Notes: generated by a model from the letters alone, not told the origin. A stretch of 64,000 bases of DNA from Eledone cirrhosa (GCA_964016885.1 OZ024742.1:369210001-369274000), one strand, 5' to 3'. Shown: positions 25,883-35,059, counted from the stretch's first letter. Translations and numbers: made by a program.

Positions 25883-26667
25883 CTTCTTGTGACGCTAAAC
25901 TCTGCCAGTTGCAGACTGCTCATCAGCACGAGATATTCTTTTCCACAAAGTTCGATCACCAACAGCAGAGTTTAAAGATCAAGTCCAGAAGTTGACATTG
26001 TCAAGCCATCATTTTGCCTGCCGGCCTCCTCTTCTCTTACCAGCCAACCTACCTTCCAGGCATAACCACAAGTTGATCTTTTTATATGACCGTACAGATG
26101 AAGCACTCTTGACCTGACAACTGACGTAATTGGTCTAAGTTTGGTAAAGTTGAGCAGCTCACTGATACAGATAAGAAGAATGCTGCTCTGGCTATCAAAT
26201 AGGAGGTAAAATCCTATCAAATCTTAGCTATGCAGACGATCTGGCCATCATGAGTTATTCTAGAACTGATCTGCAAGACTTTCTGAATGTACTGGCCAAA
26301 CATTCGCTGGAGGCTGGCTTACACATCTCCAAAACAAAATGTATGACAACTGATAAAAATAATGCCAATCTCTAACTCACAATCTCCAACCAGCAAATAG
26401 CTCAAGTTACAGAGTTTGCATATCTCCATCACAAACTATCATCAAACAACAATGGAATGGTTGCTGCGCAGTATCGCATCACTCTAGGTTGGGCAGCTTT
26501 CAACAAGAACAAGGAAGTACTAACATCAAAACGAGTTTCCTATCATTTGAAGGGTAAGATCTTTGATACTTACATCCTACCAGTTGTGTTATATGGTCTT
26601 GACTGTTAATTGGACGACAAGGTCACTTAAGAAGCTCTCTACATTCCAGAACCACATCATGAGACTT
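25883..26667 (-). mobile_element. Second RTE-like LINE family, 5'-truncated with an inverted 5' segment
   Basis: Minus strand 26175-25883 encodes ISELLNFTKLRPITSVVRSRVLHLYGHIKRS…GKRRRGRP…WLDNV. Plus strand 26190-26670 encodes GYQIGGKILSNLSYADDLAI…KTKCM…VTEFAYL…LGWAAFNKNK…ILPVVLYG…FQNHIMRLI. Flanked by the direct repeat ATCA[T/C]TGAATACAATAT. Confidence 0.85.
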
Positions 26668-26683
26668 ATCACTGAATACAATA

Positions 26684-26806
26684 TATATATGAATAAATAT
26701 ATTTATATACACATTCCTTATATACACTCATACACACACATATACACACACACATACACATACATACACACTCATATATATATATACACACCTATACATA
26801 CATGTA
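26684..26806. repeat. AT/CA microsatellite
   Basis: (TA)n and (CA)n mixture. Confidence 0.85.
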
Positions 26807-27057
26807 CACTCTTTGCCATAAACTTTTCACTGCTATACAGACAAGAACTATGTACAGCCAAACCTGCCCCCCCCCCCCCTTCTTTACTGCTGTATTGTGA
26901 TGCTGTGGCTTCTTGACCAGCACTCCTATAATGTCCCCTTTGTTAATGACCCTTCCTCTGACCCCACATAGACAAAACCAGCCACCTGGTTAACCTTTTT
27001 GTTACCTTATTTCTAACCAAATACACACAAAATAATCAGGAATTTAGAGGGATTTAA

Positions 27058-27460
27058 CCCTTTAGTATTTGCATTATTCTATATTTACTGGTGGATTGGC
27101 AGTATCAGTAGAGGGTCTGATGCCATGCTTTGTAGCAAAGAGTTACGGCCCTTTACGGTCCGAGTTCAAATTCCGCCGTGGTTAACTTTGCCTTTCATCC
27201 TTACGGGGGTCGACAAAATACCAGTAATTTCTGGCCTTGTGCCAAAAGTAGAAACAATTATTCTATATTTACTATTGTAATTTCACAGTAAATAGTTTAT
27301 CTCACAATTATCTCACTTAATACTGACTGAATCTATGAGATTTTCATATTTATTTTAAGAACAATACCTTAACATAAATATGAGTGGCCAGTTATGCCTG
27401 TTTGAACAGAAAGAAATGAGATAATTCTGGCAGGATAGAGCCAGTTTAAATGCTAAAGAG
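27058..27460. mobile_element. Inner piggyBac-like MITE
   Basis: TTAA|CCCTTTAGTATTT…AAATGCTAAAGAG|TTAA; 13-bp TIRs with 2 mismatches. Confidence 0.8.
27090..27256 (+). mobile_element. tRNA-derived SINE with Deu/Nin-like core
   Basis: B-box GAGTTCAAATTCC, core TTTGCCTTTCATCCTTACGGGGGTCGA, and a perfect 17-bp TSD ATTATTCTATATTTACT (27073-27089 and 27257-27273). Confidence 0.88.
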
Positions 27461-27549
27461 TTAACAATATATTAACTTTCTCATCATTAATCTGATGCCT
27501 TATCAAGTGTGTGGATGTCCCTCTTTCACTCACTGTCTCTCTCACTCAC

Positions 27550-27933
27550 CCCATCCCTCACTGTTATAAGCAAATGGAAGCCCACATGCTGGCCACCCTG
27601 CAGTCCCTGTAGTCAGAATATGGGGCGTTTCCCCAGAGGATGGTGAAGGAGGCACATTCCAGCTTGCGAGGCTCAAACCTGTGGGTAACCAACTCTGTGT
27701 CGATGGTGGTGGTCCTAGGGCCAAGGACACTAGAAGTCTCCACTGTTACAGGATCAACCGCAAACCTGTCAGAGAGTGGCCGATATTTGGAGAGTTTACC
27801 CTCCTTGGCCTGAAGTGCTGCAGAGCTTGGATTAGCTGCAGACTGCACCAGGTTGCTGCTGGAACAAGGGTCCTTACCAGAGCCTGGATTACATGCAAAC
27901 TGCACCAGGTTGCCACTGGAACAAGGTCCTTAT
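27550..27933 (-). mobile_element. 3' fragment of a CRE-like non-LTR retrotransposon (restriction-like endonuclease C-terminus)
   Basis: Translation SSNLVQSAANPSSAALQAKEGKLSKYRPLSDRFAVDPVTVETSSVLGP…EPR…ILWGNA fits the A-A-x2-A-E-x2-K-x2-K-Y…P-x3-E-T-x-G-x2-G…RGNA pattern of CRE-clade RLE domains. A ~57-bp tandem duplication lies at 27821-27933. Confidence 0.72.
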
Positions 27934-28247
27934 ATGAAATTATGATGGTAGGTTTTTAGATATAAACACTTTAAAATAAAAAATTTTTTGTTTTGTTAAG
28001 TATCAAAAGGGTTAAGCACCACCGGGTCCATGGGTGACATTAACAAGGTCCACCGATGCAATAAATGAACCCACCTCTGCCCTAACTGGCTAGGGATCTC
28101 TACCAAGATACACTACTCCCTCCACCCCAGCTAGACAATTCACCCTTCTCTGTGATGCTGTGTGCATATTTTAACTGAGTGAAGTGGAATGTTGTGACAT
28201 TCATCCATCTCCTCATTAACAGCACAAACGGTTGACACAGCTGTCAT

Positions 28248-28340
28248 GTAGTAGTAGTAGTAGTGGCAGCAGTAGTAGTGGCAGCAGCAGTAGTGGCAGC
28301 ACCAGTTGCAGCAGTAGTGGCGGCGGCAGCAGCAGTAGCA
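28248..28340. repeat. (GTA/GCA/GTG)n trinucleotide repeat
   Basis: Visible compound triplet repeat. Confidence 0.85.
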
Positions 28341-28504
28341 ATTAGTAAACATTTAAGAGAAGGTCGTTCCATTGTCATTGTGCTGAATGACATGTATGTC
28401 TAGAAGTTGCTATTTAACAACACTTCATTGTAAACAGTACACATGTTACTAAATATATTTCTTGTTCTCTCTCTCTAGGTCATCTCCCAACTTACACTAA
28501 CTGT

Positions 28505-29030
28505 GAACATCCAGTATTTGTTTATATAGCATCAGGAATGTGTCCTTTCCTTTTTAAGGGCTGTAGGGTGTGATTTGAGGGAGATTTGGTCACTATATCT
28601 AGCAGTCCAAATGATAGATGTTACTAGACATGTCTGTTGTTCTTTCCCTGGCTTATCTTTGACAGAGCTAACTTACAATCAAAGATATATCAACATCAAC
28701 ATCCAGTATTTGTCTATATACAGTAATGTGGTCATGTAGGTGTCACAACAAAAAGCCCCTTGTATACATTGTAAATGTGGTTGGCATTAGGAAGGACATC
28801 CAGCTGTAGAAACCAAGCCAGAAATAGTTCTGTATGAGCAAGACATGGTCACCTGACTTACTTGCCTCAAACGGGACAACCCATCTAACATGGAAAAATG
28901 GACATTAAATGATGATGATGAGTATCATCAAGGATGTGTCCTTCCTTTTTTAAAGACAATATGATTTAAGGGAGATTTGGTCACTATATCTAGCAGTTCA
29001 AATGACCACATAGAGGTTTCTTCCTCAGCT
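28505..29030. mobile_element. Two copies of an unclassified interspersed repeat (…GATTT[G/A]AGGGAGATTTGGTCACTATATCTAGCAG…); the second is split by a SINE
   Basis: 28505-28612 matches 28698-28722 plus 28925-29005. A related diverged copy lies at about 33640-33800. Confidence 0.65.
28730..28920 (+). mobile_element. SINE-like element with RTE-type 3' end and (GAT)n tail
   Basis: GTAAATGTGGTTGGCATTAGGAAGGACATCCAGCTGTAGAAACC…CATGGAAAAATGGACATTAAATGATGATGATG; homologous to 34200-34416. Confidence 0.75.
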
Positions 29031-29151
29031 CCTACTAAACATGTTAGTAGTGTCACCTCAACAATAGGCCATACGCAGCTGGTAATAAGCCAAAACCAGA
29101 TGTGAAATACACCATTTCAAATTGCTCAAGTATTTTAGTAAACAGTGCTAA

Positions 29152-29490
29152 ATACATATGATATAGTTACGTATAGCTTACAAGTATATACATGTATATA
29201 TATAGTGTATATACATATGATATAGTTATGTATAGCTTACAAGTATATACATGTATATATATAGTGTATATACATATGATATAGTTACGTATAGCTTACA
29301 AGTATATACATGTATATATATAGTGTATATACATATGATATAGTTACGTATAGCTTACAAGTATATACATGTATATATATAGTGTATATACATATGATAT
29401 AGTTACGTATAGCTTACAAGTATATACATGTATATATATATAGTGTATATACATATGATATAGTTATGTATAGCTTACAAGTATATACAT
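29152..29490. repeat. 59-bp AT-rich minisatellite (ATATAGTTA[C/T]GTATAGCTTACAAGTATATACATGTATATATATAGTGTATATACATATG); further units at 30564-30681 and 33458-33483
   Basis: Period 59 (29161 to 29220). The array is interrupted twice by RTE insertions. Confidence 0.95.
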
Positions 29491-30563
29491 CATCATCAAC
29501 GTTTAATGTCCATGTTCCAAGCTTGCATGGGTTTGGACGGGAGTTTTCCCACTTGAGGCAAGAGTGGTTGTCTTGCTCGCATAGGACTGTCTGGCGGGTT
29601 TTCTACAGCTGGATGCCCTTCCTAACACCAACCACATTTACAGTGTGGGACTGGGAGGTTTTTACCGTGTTACCTACACGGCCACATTACAGCGTGGGCT
29701 GTGTGTTTTTTTTGTCGTGACACCTACACGACCTCATTTGTTTTGGCATGGATGTTGTGGTACCAACATAACTCTACATTGAAAGGGGCGGGGGTGGTGG
29801 GACGGGGGGTGTATTTTGTTAGAGATGCCTACTGACTGTAGTAGGTTTTACTTTGTATTTAGGTAAGGCAGGTCTTCTCTATTACTGAGTACCGCCAAAG
29901 ATCTCGGTCCAGTGACATTGTCTTGGAGAGGTGTATGTGTGTGAGGTCGGAATTTATCAGGTCATCACAGGTTTTTCTGGGTCTGCCTATTCTGTGGCTA
30001 CCGTCTAATTTTATTGCCCTGCACTTTGTTATACAGCTGTGGTCTTTCATGCGCATCACGTGACCGTACCAACATAGCCTTCTCTCGAGTAAACAACATC
30101 TGATCCCTCTTATTTCTAATTTTTTCCTTAGTTCGTTTATGCTTTGCCGTTCACGTATATTACTATTACACATCCAGCAGAGCATGCAAGCTTCATTCCT
30201 CTCCAGTCTGCGTATATCCTCTGCACACAATGCCCAGATCTCACTGCCATGCAACATTGCTGTTCGTATGCAGGCATCATACAGCCTGCCTTTCCTTTTT
30301 AGGGAGAACCCTTTAGCGGCTAATAGTGGTATAAGCTCACTGAACCGTTTCCATCCCGTTCTGACTCTAGCTACTGTACTTTCAGAGCACCCTCCACCAC
30401 TGCTGATTTTGTCACCCAGGTAACGGAAGCTGTCCACTATTTCTATAGAACCATCTGTGCAATGGAATGAGCTAGTATTCTGTGGGCACTTGCTGCTACT
30501 TATTGCACCAGAGCACCGGCCACATGTAAAATCTATGTTCTTAGTTAGCTTACCTGTGATCCC
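29491..30563 (-). mobile_element. 5'-truncated RTE LINE, copy 1 (ORF C-terminus, 3' UTR, (GAT)n tail)
   Basis: ORF 29859-30437 is nearly identical to the C-terminus of the 680-aa ORF. It shares the 3' UTR and CATCATCA tail and is truncated within the zinc-finger region. Confidence 0.96.
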
Positions 30564-30681
30564 ACATGTATATATATATAGTGTATATACATATGATATA
30601 GTTATGTATGGCTTACAAGTATATACATATATAGTGTATATACATATGATATAGTTATGTATAGCTTACAAGTATATACAT

Positions 30682-33457
30682 CATCATCATCAACGTTTAA
30701 CGTCCGTGTTCCACGCTTGCATGGGTTTGGACGGGGGTTTTCCCACTTGAGGCAAGAGTGATTGTCTTGCTCGCATAGGACTGTCTGGCAGGTTTTCTAC
30801 AGTTGGATGCCCTTCCTAACACCAACCACATTTACAGTGTGGGTCTGGGAGGTTTTTACCGTGTTGCCTACACGGCCACATTACAGCGTGGACTGTGTGT
30901 TTTTTTGTCGTGACACCTACACGATCTCATTTGTTTCGGCCTGGATGGTGTGGCACCAACATAACTTTACATAGAAGGGGGCGGTGTGGATGGGGTGGGG
31001 GCGGTGTGGATGGGGGTGTATTTTGTTAGAGATGCCTACTGACTGTAGTAGGTTTTACTTTGTATTTAGGTAAGGCGGGTCTTCTCTATTACTGAGTACC
31101 GCCAAAGGTCTCGGTCCAGTGACATTGTCTTGGTGAGGTGTAAGTGTGTGAGGTCGGAGTTTATCAGCTCGTCCCAGGTTTTTCTGGGTCTGCCTATTCC
31201 GTGGCTACCGTCTATCTTTATTGCCCTGCACTTTGTTATACAGCTGTCGTCTTTCATGCGCATCACGTGACCATACCAACGTAGCCTTCTCTCTAGTAAA
31301 CAACATCTGATCCCTCTTATTTCTAATTTTTTCCTTAGTTCGTTTATGCTTTGTCGTTCACGTATATTACTATTACACATCCAGCGGAGCATGCAAGCTT
31401 CGTTTCTCTCTAGTCTGCGTATATCCTCTGCACACAATGCCCAGGTCTCACTGCCATGCAACATTGCTGTTCGTATGCAGGCATCGTACAGCCTGCCTTT
31501 CATTTTTAGGGAGAACCCTTTAGCGGCTAATAGTGGTATAAGCTCTCTGAACTTTTTCCACCCAGTTCTGACTCTAGCTACTGTACTTTCAGAGCACCCT
31601 CCACCACTGCTGATTTTGTCACCCAGGTAACGGAAGCTGTCCACTATTTCTATAGAACCCTCTGCGCAGTTGAAAGAGCTAGTATTTTGTGGGCACTTGC
31701 TGCTACTTATTGCCCCAGAACACCGGCCACATGTAAAATCTATGTTCTTAGTTAGCTTACCTGTGATTCCACTACATCTTTTATGCACCCAAACTTTGCA
31801 TTTGGGACACAAAATGGAATTTCTACCTACGCCTTTCCTACACTCTGCGCATGGCCACTTCCCGGAGGGGACCGCCGCCTTATTTTCTTTCTTACAAACT
31901 AGAACTTTAGTCTTAGCCAGGTTAATTTTAAGGCCTTTTGATTCTAGGCCGTGCTTCCATGTTTGGAATTTCTTCTCTAGCTCGGCCATTGATTCAGCTA
32001 TGAGCGTTAGATCATCTGCGTATAGGAGTTCCCATGGGCAGCCGGTCTTGAACTCCACTGTGATAGCCTGGAGGGCAATAATAAATAGTAGGGGGCTAAG
32101 AACAGAGCCCTGATGAACACCAACTTTTACACTAAACTCTTCACTATATTCGTTGTTAATTCTAACCTTGCTGACTGTTTCTTTATACATGGCTTGTATA
32201 GCTCTCACAAGCCATTCATCAACACCTAGTTTTCTAAGAGCCCACCAGATAATGGAACGGGGGACTCTGTCGAAGGCCTTCTCCAAGTCGACGAAAGCTA
32301 AGTATAGGGGTTTACTTTTAGCTAGGTACTTCTCCTGTAGTTGTCGTACAATGAAAAGAGCGTCTGTGGTACTTTTTCCTGACACAAACCCGAACTGCAT
32401 TTCATCTAGATCAATTCGCTCTCTGATTAGTTGCGCTATTACTTTTTCCGTGACCTTCATGACCTGGTCGATTAATTTAATGCCTCTATAGTTACTCCTA
32501 TCTAGGGCATCTCCTTTACCCTTATAACAGTTAACGATAATGCTGCTACGCCAGTCCTTCGGAACAACCCCATTCTGTATGACTTGGTTGACTATCCGGG
32601 TGACCATGGTGTGTCCCACCGTACCAGATGCCTTCAGCATCTCGGCAACTATTTCCGAAGGCCCAGCCGCCTTGCCTGTCTTCATATCTTTGATTGCCTT
32701 ACTTATTATACTACCCTCGACTAACACTGCTGGTCCCTCTATTGGGTCTATGTGGGGGAGACTGTCTTTCTCCCATTTATTCTCCTCATTTAGTAGCCTT
32801 TCATAGTGACACTTCCAAGCTACCTTCTTATCGGCGTCAGTGATGGCAAGTACGCCGTCATCGTTAAGTACACACTTCTCCCCGACAATATCACTGTTTT
32901 CCTTGACACATTGCCTAGCAATCCTGAACACCTCACGTTTTTGGTCCTCACGTTGTAGAACATGCTTGAACTTTCTTTCCTCTGCTTCCCTTCTTGCGAA
33001 GTACACTTGTCTCCTAGCTTCCCTCCTGGCCACTTGATAGTCTTCTCTGCTTCCCCCATCCCGCCATACTTTCCAAGCCTGCTTTTTGGCCTTAATTGAC
33101 CCCTCCACCTTACTGTTCCACCACCATGTTACTCTCCTCCTGCCTACAGGCCTGCTCCAGCCACAGACTTCGTCTGCCGCCGTCAGCAGGTTTGCTTTCA
33201 GGAATTCCCACTGTTCCTCTACCTTGAACGTCTCTAATTGCTCTTCCTCACTGTCGAAAGCATCAAGTAATATGCTTTGGAATTTATTTTTGGCTGTGGG
33301 GTCCTTTAGCTTCCATATTTTTCTCCTGAGGATAGTCCTCTTCTGTTGTCTAGTACGTCTCGTCCTGACTATTAGGTCGCTAATTATCAGTCTATGTTGG
33401 AAAGTGCATTCTTCATGGGGGGAGGGATTTAGTGTTTACGACAGTCACTTTGTCACG
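30682..33457 (-). mobile_element. Young 5'-truncated RTE LINE, copy 2
   Basis: (GAT)n tail at about 30679-30692, a ~375-bp 3' UTR and a long open ORF. The 5' end falls in the last motif of the APE endonuclease (DKVTVVNTKSLPHEECTFQHRLIISDL). Confidence 0.97.
31066..33420 (-). CDS. RTE ORF (partial): APE endonuclease tail, linker, reverse transcriptase, PHD-type finger, C-terminal domain
   Basis: RT motifs KGKGDALDRSNYRGIKL, QFGF, FVDLEKAFDRVP, GVHQGSVLSPLLF, LYADD and FRYLG, plus RTE C-terminal RRLRWYGHVMR and GRPRKTW. Manual translation shows the frame stays open upstream of the annotated GTG (33108) to about 33420, where a +1 G in a G-run shifts the last ~12 codons. There is no native start codon (5'-truncated). 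Confidence 0.95.
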   Translation of the reverse strand, partial: PHEECTFQHRLIISDLIVRTRRTRQQKRTILRRKIWKLKDPTAKNKFQSILLDAFDSEEEQLETFKVEEQWEFLKANLLTAADEVCGWSRPVGRRRVTWWWNSKVEGSIKAKKQAWKVWRDGGSREDYQVARREARRQVYFARREAEERKFKHVLQREDQKREVFRIARQCVKENSDIVGEKCVLNDDGVLAITDADKKVAWKCHYERLLNEENKWEKDSLPHIDPIEGPAVLVEGSIISKAIKDMKTGKAAGPSEIVAEMLKASGTVGHTMVTRIVNQVIQNGVVPKDWRSSIIVNCYKGKGDALDRSNYRGIKLIDQVMKVTEKVIAQLIRERIDLDEMQFGFVSGKSTTDALFIVRQLQEKYLAKSKPLYLAFVDLEKAFDRVPRSIIWWALRKLGVDEWLVRAIQAMYKETVSKVRINNEYSEEFSVKVGVHQGSVLSPLLFIIALQAITVEFKTGCPWELLYADDLTLIAESMAELEKKFQTWKHGLESKGLKINLAKTKVLVCKKENKAAVPSGKWPCAECRKGVGRNSILCPKCKVWVHKRCSGITGKLTKNIDFTCGRCSGAISSSKCPQNTSSFNCAEGSIEIVDSFRYLGDKISSGGGCSESTVARVRTGWKKFRELIPLLAAKGFSLKMKGRLYDACIRTAMLHGSETWALCAEDIRRLERNEACMLRWMCNSNIRERQSINELRKKLEIRGIRCCLLERRLRWYGHVMRMKDDSCITKCRAIKIDGSHGIGRPRKTWDELINSDLTHLHLTKTMSLDRDLWRYSVIEKTRLT

Positions 33458-33904
33458 TGTATATATATAGTGTATATACATACAAGCAACAGAGCAGAAG
33501 CATAAAAGAGTCTAAGTTGAGAAGAAGCCCCTGTATCTATGGTTATATACCAAACCTCTGCCCCTCACTTAAAACCCATCATTGTCTCACTCTGTTTTAC
33601 CTGCAGTTAAAGACCCAAGTAAATATATATTGTCATTATTATTTAGCCACAGGCCAGATCAGCCCAGACTTATGATCACAACCCCCTCTATATTTTTCCT
33701 GCATGCAGGGACCCCCAAAATGATATTGTCCAATGCAGTTATTTTTAAGTCAGTAGGGTTTGTGAAGGGGCTTTAGTAATTATATCTTGCAGGTCAGTCA
33801 GTCACATGGATGTTCCATGTAAGCAGGCTAAAACAGATGTAAAAGTAATGTTTTAATGTTGGGGTTGTTGATATATACGGCTATAAAAAAATGAAATTTA
33901 CAGT

Positions 33905-34120
33905 TCACACCTGTGTAAGTTTAATTGGTCTCATACAAGATTCCATCTCACAGGTTTCTTGGGTGTTTAAATGATGGGGAGGGCACAGTCCTATCATGAA
34001 AGAGAACATGATACGAAGCATCTTGCTCAAAAACACAACATACCATCCAGTCCAAAAATCACCCCCACCCCACCCTCATTACCGTGACTCTAGCACCCTA
34101 ACCACTAGGCCATCCTTCAC
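33905..34120 (-). mobile_element. Degenerate tRNA-derived SINE
   Basis: On the minus strand the A-box reads TGGCCTAGTGGTTAGGG, followed by a TTGAGCAAGATG core. Homologous to 34525-34720. Confidence 0.65.
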
Positions 34121-34199
34121 GGTGATCGTAAACAACATTTATTGATGTAGGAACTCAATACTGGTCATAGTTAAATTGATTATACCCCTTGCTTGGAAT

Positions 34200-34416
34200 G
34201 ATCGGGAGTTCGAGTTTCAGCTTCAGTGGTTAATTGTACTCTCAGTAAATGTGGTTGGCGTTAGGAAGGGCTTCCAGTCGTAAAAACAAAACCCAAATCA
34301 GTTCTGTATGAGCAAAACATGGTCATCCGACCTGGCTGTCTCACAACGGGACAGCACATCCTACCCATGCTGGCGTGAAAAATGGACGTTAAACGATGAT
34401 GATGATGATGATGATG
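34200..34416 (+). mobile_element. SINE with RTE-type 3' end and (GAT)n tail
   Basis: B-box-like GAGTTCGAGT, then GTAAATGTGGTTGGCGTTAGGAAGGGCTTCCAG and CCCATGCTGGCGTGAAAAATGGACGTTAAACGATGATGATG. Confidence 0.8.
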
Positions 34417-34524
34417 TGAATCAACAGGCGACTATAACCTTCCATCTGCCAAACCCCACAAAAAAAGAAGAAAATATGTACAAAAAACATTGTCAACCAC
34501 CGCCACTGAAATGAAGGTTCAGTA

Positions 34525-34720
34525 CACACCTGTGTAGGTTTAGGTGGCCTTCTATATATGAGGTTTCTCTGCTGGTTTAATAGGGGACCCCAGTCCTATC
34601 TTGAAAATAAATGTGAACTGAAACATCTTGCTCAAGAAGACAACATGTCGCCCAGTCCTGGGATCGAACCATACCACCTTATCAAGATCGTTAATCCAGC
34701 GCCATAACCACGAGATAACA
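34525..34720 (-). mobile_element. Degenerate tRNA-derived SINE
   Basis: Minus-strand B-box GGTTCGATCCC and CTTGAGCAAGATG core. Confidence 0.7.
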
Positions 34721-35059
34721 CTAAATGATGTCGCTTAGTTTCTGTTTAATGTGGTGATGGGGAAGGAAAGAATGTTTTGATATTAGTAGGCAAGTAAAAC
34801 ATATTTTGGTGCCTTGCTACTATCTAAGAATCTCACCATACTGTATTTATAGCAGCATGGAGATTTAGTTGGTTCAGACAATTGACATCTCTCATTTGAA
34901 CGTGCTTTCATATTGTTGCAGTGGAGAGGAAACCCAAACAATCATTGTTTTTAACTCTAAGAGAGCTACTATAGCTAGGGGGAGGGAGAGCAGTATTTCC
35001 TAAGTGGTAGCAAGAATGTAAACAATGAAATCGACATTTTCCCTAAGTCAACCGTACGA

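Larger units (their letters stand above)
26994..28011 (-). mobile_element. Outer TTAA-type MITE (family of 20375-20626, reverse orientation) carrying nested insertions
   Basis: TTAA|CCTTTTTGTTAC…GTATCAAAAGGG|TTAA with TTAA at 26990-26993 and 28012-28015. Internal pieces (AATTTAGAGGGATTTAA, TAACTTTCTCATCATTAATCTG, AAATTATGATGGTAGGTTTT) match the reverse complement of 20375-20626. Confidence 0.7.

Noticed and set aside
31346-33505. Plus-strand ORFs overlapping the RTE
   Set aside because: Antisense shadows of the RT ORF with no independent motifs.
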